Of a DNA stretch of 32,000 nucleotides, positions 8,449 through 15,370 are shown one piece after another. The stretch covers positions 4,650,001 through 4,682,000 of the forward strand of contig NZ_CP074694.1 of assembly GCF_018398935.1 (NCBI RefSeq). The letters run 5' to 3'. Made by a program: the position numbers and the translations under genes. Every line of letters begins with the position of its first letter. Positions within the stretch are counted from its first letter, which is position 1. Origin of the DNA: Telmatocola sphagniphila (GTDB taxonomy: Bacteria; Planctomycetota; Planctomycetia; Gemmatales; Gemmataceae). The notes beneath the pieces were generated by a model. That model did no database searches, was not told where the DNA came from, and saw only the letters and a list, made by a program, of their open reading frames with translations.

Positions 8449-8640
8449 AAAAGATTCCTGGGTCTGAACCGAACTACCTGGCATGGCATAAATAATGGAC
8501 AGCGCCGGGAAACCCTATCGTGGGATTTTGCCGGAACCATAGGATTATATTAGCCGGGGAGGAATGAATTCGCTTGCCTGACCCCTGCCTGGCACCAAAT
8601 AATTACTGGAAACCATTCCGGTGATCTCAGGGAGACCGAT

Positions 8641-9753
8641 ATGAGAGCGTGGTTCGGCAAACTGCTTGCAGTGGTATGCACCGTCAGCCTGATGGCTGGA
8701 GGAACAGCCCAAGCCCAGGCAAAGAAGGCGGCCCGTTTATTCGTAGAAGATGGCGCGGGTCTCTTCAGCGAATCGACTATCAAGAAAGCCAAGGATACGA
8801 TTGCGGATGTGCTGGGCGACCGGGAGCGCGAAGTTCACATTCAGACGTATGCGAAACTATCGGACGACGATCACAAAGAGTTCGAAGCTCTGAAAAAAGA
8901 CGTCGATGCCAAGAAGGCTGAGGTGAGTGAACTCGAAAAATTCTGGGACCGTTGGGCGAAAAAGAAAGCTGTCGGCGATAAGGATGTGGTGGTTTTGATC
9001 AACAAGAGTCCCGGGATGGTTTACGTTCTGTCCGATTCCCGGGCGACTAAAGAAGGTTTCGATAAATCGAACGACAGAAAATTGAAAGATATGCTGACAG
9101 CGGGTTTACGGGAAGCGGCCAGCAAAACGACACCCGCCGATCAGGAAGTGGCCCGAAATGTCGCCCTGATAGATGGCGTGAAGTATCTGGCGAATAACCT
9201 TCCAACTAAGAGTGTTCCCGCCAGTCGAAACAGTGGGAATACGACGAATCACAACAACGCACCGGCCCGTAACGGGGCAGCGCGCGAAGGGGGTGGAATG
9301 ATGTCCTGGATTTGCATCGGTCTGTGTATCGTTGCCGGTATCTGGCTGATCTCCGGTCTGTTCCGTGCCTTCTCCGGTGGCGGGGGCGGGGGTTATGGTC
9401 CGGGCGGTGGTATGGTCGGCGGCGGTTACGGGGGTGGAGGCGGCGGATTCTTCAGCGGCCTCATGGGCGGCTTGTTCGGCGCGGTCGCCGGAAACTACCT
9501 CTACAACAACCTCTTTGGCGGCAGCACCAGTTCGGCCTGGGGTAGCGACAACTACAACAACTCCGGTGGCGGGGATTATGGCAACAACGATGCCGGGGCC
9601 GGGGACTTCAGCGACGGTGGCGTCGGCGGGTCCTTCGATGACGGCGGATCGGCCGGTGGCGGAGATACGGGTGGTGGCGGCGGAGATTGGGGTGGTGGAG
9701 GAGGCGACTTCGGCGGTGGTGGCGGAGATTTTGGTGGCGGCGGCGATTTCTAA
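8641..9753 (+). CDS. Secreted/membrane TPM-domain-like (YgcG-like) protein with a long Gly/Asp-rich C-terminal tail
   Basis: Signal peptide LLAVVCTVSLMAGGTAQAQA. LFVEDGAGLFSESTIKKAKDTI resembles the start of a TPM domain. There is one TM helix, WICIGLCIVAGIWLISGLF. About 130 aa of Gly-rich sequence follow, ending GGGGGDWGGGGGDFGGGGGDFGGGGDF. Confidence 0.6.
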   Translation: MRAWFGKLLAVVCTVSLMAGGTAQAQAKKAARLFVEDGAGLFSESTIKKAKDTIADVLGDREREVHIQTYAKLSDDDHKEFEALKKDVDAKKAEVSELEKFWDRWAKKKAVGDKDVVVLINKSPGMVYVLSDSRATKEGFDKSNDRKLKDMLTAGLREAASKTTPADQEVARNVALIDGVKYLANNLPTKSVPASRNSGNTTNHNNAPARNGAAREGGGMMSWICIGLCIVAGIWLISGLFRAFSGGGGGGYGPGGGMVGGGYGGGGGGFFSGLMGGLFGAVAGNYLYNNLFGGSTSSAWGSDNYNNSGGGDYGNNDAGAGDFSDGGVGGSFDDGGSAGGGDTGGGGGDWGGGGGDFGGGGGDFGGGGDF

Positions 9754-9765
9754 ACTACCCATCCC

Positions 9766-9787
9766 GGGGGCTTCGGCCCCCTTTTTT
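9766..9787 (+). terminator. Rho-independent terminator after the TPM-like gene
   Basis: GGGGGC-ttcg-GCCCCC perfect 6-bp GC stem (9766-9781), followed directly by TTTTTT (9782-9787). It sits 13 nt after the stop at 9753. Confidence 0.8.
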
Positions 9788-9810
9788 CGTTTCGGAAATC
9801 TAACATCTCC

Positions 9811-10605
9811 ATGTCTATCACAGCGATCGTTTTTCCCTTCGATCTTTACGGTTCACCAGGCACCCGCTTAGGAGCGGAAAACCTCGGCGATGCCTTGCGC
9901 GAGATGCGTTCCGATGCCCGGGCCGAAACTCAACCCGCGCGCAGTCAGGCCTATCGCGATCGGCTGAAAATCGTCGAAATCCCGTTTGAGACACTTAAGC
10001 AGTATCGATCGTGGTTAGCGCGCGGTAAGAAACTATTCGCAAAGCAGGAAAAGACTTTTCCGATCTGGCTCTCCGGCAATCACCTGGGAGTTTTGCCCGT
10101 TTATGAATCACTCCCGGCGGATACCTTGGTGTTGCAGTTCGATGCCCATCTGGATATTTTCAATCTCGCCGGCTGCACCGAAGAGTTGTCGCACGGCAAC
10201 TTCGTGATGCATGCAAAGCCCTGCCCGAAATTGATTAACTTGGGGCATCGCGATCTCTTTTTGCCGACGGATCATATCAACAAATACTATTCCGATACTT
10301 TTTCGAGCCTGGAACTCACGGCTCGTCCCGAGTCGAGCGCCAAGAAGCTTTCGAAACTCGTTCAGTCCGCCAAGAAAATTTGGATCGATATCGACTGTGA
10401 TGTCTTCGACCCCGCCTATCTCCCCGCCGTGGCTCAACCCGAACCGATGGGATTATCGCCTTTGGCGGTAGTCGGATTGTTGGAGGCCGTCTGGTCCAAA
10501 AAGGTGATGGGAATTTCGTTCAGCGAGTATCTACCGGCGCGGGATGATAATGATTGCAGCCTGGCCGCGCTGTGCTGGATGCTGGAATGGGTGTTAGTGA
10601 GGTAA
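9811..10605 (+). CDS. Arginase/agmatinase/formiminoglutamase-family (ureohydrolase) protein, short form
   Basis: LQFDAHLDIF (His/Asp metal site), SHGNF and WIDIDCDVFDPAYLPAV (DxDxD metal site). Length is 264 aa. Substrate is unknown. Confidence 0.75.
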   Translation: MSITAIVFPFDLYGSPGTRLGAENLGDALREMRSDARAETQPARSQAYRDRLKIVEIPFETLKQYRSWLARGKKLFAKQEKTFPIWLSGNHLGVLPVYESLPADTLVLQFDAHLDIFNLAGCTEELSHGNFVMHAKPCPKLINLGHRDLFLPTDHINKYYSDTFSSLELTARPESSAKKLSKLVQSAKKIWIDIDCDVFDPAYLPAVAQPEPMGLSPLAVVGLLEAVWSKKVMGISFSEYLPARDDNDCSLAALCWMLEWVLVR

Positions 10606-10610
10606 AATGC

Positions 10611-11012
10611 GAGCCGCGGGTTAATAGACACGGGTTAATAGACACGGGTAAGAAACCCGCGGCTCAATTCTGGAAGCCCTCCGGGCTTCCAATTAGAAGG
10701 TTACAAAATCGATGGAAGCCCGGAGGGCTTCCAGATTACAGACCCCGGTTGACTCGCTCTGCGAGGCTACCGGGGGGGAACAGGCACGCAACGCGAGGCT
10801 ACCGGGGGGGAACCAAAAAATACGCCCTAACAAATATTTTCCCCGGGTTAAAAACCCGTGGCTCAATTCTGGAAGCCCTCCGGGCTTCCAATTAGAAGAG
10901 GACAAAATTGATGGAAGCCCGGAGGGCTTCCAGATAACAGACCCCGGTTGACTCGCTCTGCGAGGCTACCGGGGGGGGAACAGACACGCAACGTGAGGCC
11001 ACCGGGGGAAAT
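10611..11012. repeat. Left array of composite REP-like hairpin repeats (two ~199-bp units)
   Basis: A leader stem GAGCCGCGGGTT...AACCCGCGGCTC (10611-10665) encloses 2x CGGGTTAATAGACA. Hairpins TGGAAGCCC-TCCG-GGCTTCCA lie at 10671 and 10870. Their reverse complement, TGGAAGCCC-GGAG-GGCTTCCA, lies at 10713 and 10912. Each unit also carries 2x CGAGGCTACCGGGGGGG. The array ends GAGGCCACCGGGGGAAA. Confidence 0.9.
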
Positions 11013-11031
11013 GAAAATGAACGCTAACCCA

Positions 11032-11484
11032 TCATTCCCAAACATATCGTTCGTCGTATTCAATCCGGTATTGGTGCAACCAATCGCGATATTCCTCCTG
11101 GTAAGAAATCTTGCGATGATGCTCTCTTTGATTGCGAATGTATATTTGGATTTGTTCCAAAAAGGATTCGCTGACGGAAAACGCTCCATAGCCTTTCTGC
11201 CAATAAAAGTTTTCCAGCGAGGAATCAACCTTTTTGAGCCAGATACTGGAGGATCGTTTGACTTCCTGGACGATCTCGGCCAGACACATCGTTCGAGATT
11301 GAACGAACAGGATATGCACATGATCCGGTTCCGAGTTCATCTCGATCGCCGGAACCTCCAGCTCCCGCAGAATACCCCCGAGGTAATCATGAAATCGGGA
11401 ACGGAACGAATCGAGCAAAAGAGGAAGCCGGTATTTGGTCGAGAAAATGAGATGGACGTACAACTTCGAAAGCGAATGAGCCAT
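11032..11484 (-). CDS. IS200/IS605-type HUH Y1 transposase, REP-associated (RAYT-like)
   Basis: MAHSLSKLYVHLIFSTKYR, HUH motif DHVHILF, WQKGYGAFSV and the catalytic-Tyr region IQIYIRNQREHH. The ATG at 11484 is preferred over the listed TTG at 11502. A hand-counted sample (11041-11100) gives ~45% GC, lower than neighbouring genes. Confidence 0.85.
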   Translation of the reverse strand: MAHSLSKLYVHLIFSTKYRLPLLLDSFRSRFHDYLGGILRELEVPAIEMNSEPDHVHILFVQSRTMCLAEIVQEVKRSSSIWLKKVDSSLENFYWQKGYGAFSVSESFLEQIQIYIRNQREHHRKISYQEEYRDWLHQYRIEYDERYVWE

Positions 11485-11585
11485 GGGCGATGTCTCCGAC
11501 AAGTAAGAATTGATGAAGATTTATATCGATTACGTGCGATTAACTAGGCGCAGAAAATACTGACGAAAATTTGACGGGTATAGAT

Positions 11586-11962
11586 GGGCCCGGGTTAATT
11601 ATCGCATCGGATAATAGCCCCGGGGATTACATCCCCGGGTTAAAAACCCGTGGCTCCGATCTGGAAGCCCTCCGGGCTTCCGAATAAATGGTTACAAAAT
11701 TGATGGAAGCCCGGAGGGCTTCCAGATAACAGACCCCGGTTGACTCGCAAAGAGAGGCTACCGGGGGGAAACAGACACGCAACGCGAGGCTACCGGGGGG
11801 GAACCAAAATATACACCTTACCAAATATTTTCCCCGGGTTAAAAACCCGTGGCTCAAATCTGGAAGCCCGGAGGGCTTCCAGATTATAGACCCCGGTTGA
11901 CTCGCATAGCGAGGCTACCGGGGGGGGAAACAGACACGCAACGCGAGGCCACCGGGGGAAAA
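11586..11962. repeat. Right array of the same composite repeats, in the same orientation as the left array
   Basis: It starts with CCCGGGTTAAT, as the left array does. Hairpins lie at 11662 (TCCG loop), 11704 (GGAG loop) and 11861 (GGAG loop). The last unit lacks the first hairpin and spacer. There are four further CGAGGCTACCGGGGG copies. The array ends GAGGCCACCGGGGGAAA, like the left array. Confidence 0.9.
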
Positions 11963-12041
11963 AGACATCTTCATCAGACATTCCGCCCACCACACCTAGA
12001 ATAACCTCTCTTAATCGCTCACACGAACCGGAGATTTTCCC

Positions 12042-13271
12042 ATGCGATCCATACTGCTGTTTTTGGGATTATTCTGTCTCGCTCCGAGCGCTCACGGCGA
12101 CGATTGGCCGCAGTGGCTAGGCCCGACTCGCGATGGCATCTCTCAGGAAACCATCGCCCCCTGGAAAGAAGTTCCCAAGGTGCTCTGGAAGGCTCCCGTC
12201 GGCGATGGGCACTCTTCCCCGGTCGTGGCCCACGGCAAAGTTTTCCTATTTTCGATGGCCCTGCAGGACGGCAAGCAGCACGAACAATTGCAGGTTTTCG
12301 ACGCCAAAAAAGGCGATCTGCTCGAAACGGCCTCCTATCCCAAGGACAAATACGAATCGATCTTCGGCAACGGACCCCGGGCCACCCCAGCCGTTTTCGA
12401 TAACACCGTTTACACGTACGGCAATACAGCCGTGCTCTCGGCGTTTTCCGCCGATAAGATTCAACAGCCGCTATTTCAAAACGATCTTTTGAAAGAGTAC
12501 AAAGCCAAGAATCTGACTTTCGGCATCTCCGCCTCGCCGCTGGTGGTGGAAAATCTCGTGGTGGTACCCGTCGGCGGTGCCGGGCATGGGATGATGGCGT
12601 TCGACCGCAAGACCGGCAAAGAAGCCTGGAGCGCTCTCGACGACCCGGCTAGTTATGCCGCGCCGGTTTACAAGCATAATCAAATTATCGCCCTGACCGG
12701 GGCCAACGCCGTGGGGTTATCGCTAAAAGGCGAAGTGCTCTGGAAGTATCCTTTCAAAGATTTACTAAACGAAAGCTCCACGACGCCCGTGGTCATCGGC
12801 GATAAAGTTGTCGTCAGCTCGGTCACGGCCGGGGCAGTCTGTCTGGAAATCAAGGAAACCGACGGTAAATGGTCGGCCAAGGAACTCTGGAAAAAACCGG
12901 AGTTGAGCTGCTACTTCTCAACGCCCATTGTGCTGTCGCCGGAGCACATGCTGATGGTGACGGGCAACGCCATTCCCCCCAAACCGGCCCGGCTGCGCCT
13001 GGTCGAAATCGCCACCGGCAAAACCCTCTGGGAGCACGAAAAAATCGGAAAGTATCACGCTTCGCTGATCAAACTCCAGGACGGCAAAGTTCTGGGCGTC
13101 GACGATAATGGCTATTTGTTCCTGATCGATCCCACGGTCGAGAAATATACCGAACTCAGTCGTAGCCGTCTCTTCCCGGCCAATGGCAACGCCTGGGCGC
13201 ATCCCGCTCTGGTCCACGGCAAACTTTACGTCCGTAGCGCTAAAGAACTGTTCTGTTTCGAACTGAAATAG
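12042..13271 (+). CDS. Secreted PQQ-like/BamB-like beta-propeller repeat protein
   Basis: ATG at 12042 with GGAG upstream. Signal peptide [32 protein letters not shown] is typical of planctomycete PQQ-like propeller proteins. Blade-like segments repeat along the protein. Confidence 0.7.
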   Translation: MRSILLFLGLFCLAPSAHGDDWPQWLGPTRDGISQETIAPWKEVPKVLWKAPVGDGHSSPVVAHGKVFLFSMALQDGKQHEQLQVFDAKKGDLLETASYPKDKYESIFGNGPRATPAVFDNTVYTYGNTAVLSAFSADKIQQPLFQNDLLKEYKAKNLTFGISASPLVVENLVVVPVGGAGHGMMAFDRKTGKEAWSALDDPASYAAPVYKHNQIIALTGANAVGLSLKGEVLWKYPFKDLLNESSTTPVVIGDKVVVSSVTAGAVCLEIKETDGKWSAKELWKKPELSCYFSTPIVLSPEHMLMVTGNAIPPKPARLRLVEIATGKTLWEHEKIGKYHASLIKLQDGKVLGVDDNGYLFLIDPTVEKYTELSRSRLFPANGNAWAHPALVHGKLYVRSAKELFCFELK

Positions 13272-13312
13272 ATCTCCGGTTGTCCCTTAACTGTTCACAT
13301 GAAAGAATCTTG

Positions 13313-14248
13313 ATGCGTACTCTGATTACCGGTGGCGGTGGTTTCATTGGCTCCCACCTTTGCGAACGATTTCTCAAAGAAGGCCACGAAGTTATCTGCG
13401 TCGATAATTTCATCACCGGCTCGCTCACGAACCTCGACGAGTTCCGCGACAATCCCCGATTCACGTTCATCGGACACGACATCTCCAATCCGCTGAAAAT
13501 CAAAGGCGAAATCCACAACGTTTTGCATTTCGCCAGCCCCGCCAGCCCCGTCGATTATCTGAACTATCCGATCCAGACTTTGAAAGTCGGGTCTCTCGGC
13601 ACGCACGTATCGCTCGGGATTGCCAAAGAGAAAAAAGCCCGCTATCTGGTGGCCAGTACCAGCGAAGTTTACGGCGATCCCGAAGTGCACCCGCAACACG
13701 AAAACTACTGGGGCAATGTCAATCCCATCGGCCCGCGCGGCGTCTACGATGAAGCCAAGCGATTCACCGAATCGATGGTGATGGCCTACCATCGCACGCA
13801 CGGCTTGAACACCCACATCATCCGAATCTTCAACACCTACGGCGAACGCATGCGGCTCGACGATGGCCGGGTGTTGCCGAACTTCATGGGGCAGGCGCTG
13901 CGCGGCGAACCGATCACCGTCTACGGCGATGGCTCGCAAACCCGAAGCTTTCAATACGTTTCCGATCTCGTCGAAGGAATCTGGCGGCTACTGGCGACCG
14001 ATTATCACGAACCGGTGAACCTCGGTAATCCGGATGAAGTGACAATCCTGGAATTCGCCAAGGAAGTGTTGGAACTCTCGGGCAGCAAGAGCGAAATCGT
14101 CTACAAACCGTTGCCGCAAGACGATCCCAAAGTTCGTAAGCCCGATATCACTCGGGCCAAGCAATTGCTCGGCTGGGAACCTAAGGTCAAACGCCAGGTC
14201 GGGATGAAGCAAACTCTCGATTTCTTCAAGAAAAAGATGGGTAAATAA
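13313..14248 (+). CDS. UDP-glucuronate decarboxylase (UDP-xylose synthase)-like extended SDR
   Basis: [20 protein letters not shown] contains GxxGxxG. Further motifs are [36 protein letters not shown] and YDEAKR (YxxxK). The ATG at 13313 is preferred over the listed TTG at 13280. Confidence 0.85.
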   Translation: MRTLITGGGGFIGSHLCERFLKEGHEVICVDNFITGSLTNLDEFRDNPRFTFIGHDISNPLKIKGEIHNVLHFASPASPVDYLNYPIQTLKVGSLGTHVSLGIAKEKKARYLVASTSEVYGDPEVHPQHENYWGNVNPIGPRGVYDEAKRFTESMVMAYHRTHGLNTHIIRIFNTYGERMRLDDGRVLPNFMGQALRGEPITVYGDGSQTRSFQYVSDLVEGIWRLLATDYHEPVNLGNPDEVTILEFAKEVLELSGSKSEIVYKPLPQDDPKVRKPDITRAKQLLGWEPKVKRQVGMKQTLDFFKKKMGK

Positions 14249-15370
14249 TCATCTGAAGAGACGGTAAGTCTCTTCTGCTCGCTGCTGTAATTTCTTGAGG
14301 ACCTCGGCGGCATCGGCCCCGGAGGCGAACCTCATGCAAACCGGCCAGCCCGCTTTTTGCGGCTGGCCCGCTCGGGGCAGATCGGCCCACGAAGCATCCA
14401 ATTCCCGCCCGTGCGGAAAAGGAAAATCCACTCTCGCATACAGGATGGCTTTGCCCTCGACCATTTTCCCATTTGCCAACTCCGCCGAGATTTGCCCCTT
14501 TTCAAAACAGGCCAAGTGATCGCGAAGCAACGGGTAGTCCGTAACCCGTTCGTAAAGCTCGACCGCTGCGGTGTAGCGCGGGTTCACTTCCACCAAGTAA
14601 GCCTGCTCCTGATGAAGCAGGAAATCGATGCCAAATAAACCCCGCAAACCGCATTCATGAGCAACCGCATCTCCCATCGCTTGTAACTGCCTTTTGAGTT
14701 CCTCGTTCACGGGAAGCGGACCGATGTTGCCTGCATACAAAAACCCGCTTGCCCCCAGCCAGGAAGTCCCAATCAGTTGCCGATTCAGGGCCAGTAAACG
14801 AGTTTCGCGCGGATGAGCGAGGAATATCGCCGAGTGCGGTTCGCCGGGACAGAATTCCTGAAAGTAGTAATCGGGATGCGCGGCGATTTCCGTTCCGGCC
14901 ACTTGGTGAATTCCCATTCCGGCTGATTTGCCCTTCGGCTTTTTCAGCCAGTTTCGCTTACCGGGTTGCGCAGTCTCCGCCAGTTCTAGCGCGGGCAAAT
15001 TGTATTTGCGAAGGATTCGCGACAGAAAAAAGGGGTCGCGCACTATTCGCAGGCTCTCGCCGGCATTACCGTAGAGCGGCCGTTGCAGTGCGAGTCGATC
15101 CACGACATCGGGATGATTTTCCAGCCCGCCGGTGTAAATCAAAGGGGCTTTCGGAAAAGAATTCAAAGCATCCAAAAATCCGTTTGGATATTCCTCGAAA
15201 GAAAGGACGCGCGTCGTGGCGATCCGCTGAAGATCGGTATCGCCGAACAGATCGATCGCGAAGACTTCCCGACCCACCCGTCGAGCCGATTGAGCCGCCG
15301 CTCGCGCGGAAGCTCCGATCACGATCAAAGGGGAACTCAGATCATCCCCCAGAGTCGGCGCAAGCCCCAT
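14249..15370 (-). CDS. ATP-grasp domain protein (COG2232-like predicted carboligase)
   Basis: GLFGIDFLLHQEQAYLVEVNPRYTAAVE is an ATP-grasp C-terminal E-x-N motif. The N-terminal PLIVIGASARAAAQSA is Rossmann-like. The ATG at 15370 still overlaps the upstream gene by 34 nt; the listed start at 15421 overlaps it by 85 nt. Confidence 0.6.
   Translation of the reverse strand: MGLAPTLGDDLSSPLIVIGASARAAAQSARRVGREVFAIDLFGDTDLQRIATTRVLSFEEYPNGFLDALNSFPKAPLIYTGGLENHPDVVDRLALQRPLYGNAGESLRIVRDPFFLSRILRKYNLPALELAETAQPGKRNWLKKPKGKSAGMGIHQVAGTEIAAHPDYYFQEFCPGEPHSAIFLAHPRETRLLALNRQLIGTSWLGASGFLYAGNIGPLPVNEELKRQLQAMGDAVAHECGLRGLFGIDFLLHQEQAYLVEVNPRYTAAVELYERVTDYPLLRDHLACFEKGQISAELANGKMVEGKAILYARVDFPFPHGRELDASWADLPRAGQPQKAGWPVCMRFASGADAAEVLKKLQQRAEETYRLFR

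Larger units (their letters stand above)
10611..11962 (-). mobile_element. RAYT/REP-type locus: a Y1 transposase gene embedded between two directly repeated hairpin-repeat arrays
   Basis: This combines the three features above. No terminal inverted repeats of a classical IS were seen. The repeats carry palindromic hairpins in both orientations, as in REP/BIME clusters. Confidence 0.7.

Noticed and set aside
9106-9871. ORFs 9106..9762- and 9365..9871+ covering the Gly-rich region.
   Set aside because: They are alternative-frame or alternative-strand readings of the GGN-rich repeat DNA of the TPM-like gene tail. The + frame 8641..9753 has a signal peptide, a TM helix and a terminator directly after its stop.
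10611-11962. Possible CRISPR array, given the regularly spaced palindromic repeats.
   Set aside because: The whole ~199-bp unit repeats, including the would-be spacers, so there are no unique spacers. Hairpins occur in both orientations. The repeat organisation fits REP/BIME-like elements, and no cas genes are present.
10554-11993. ORFs predicted inside the repeat arrays (10554..10895+, 10693..10905-, 10712..10951+, 11627..11857-, 11790..11993-) and ORFs overlapping the transposase (10863..11321-, 10948..11547+).
   Set aside because: Their sequences are simply translations of the hairpin repeats, with recurring EALRAS, PGGLP and GSLALRVC strings in several frames. Otherwise they are antisense or out of frame to the well-supported HUH transposase.
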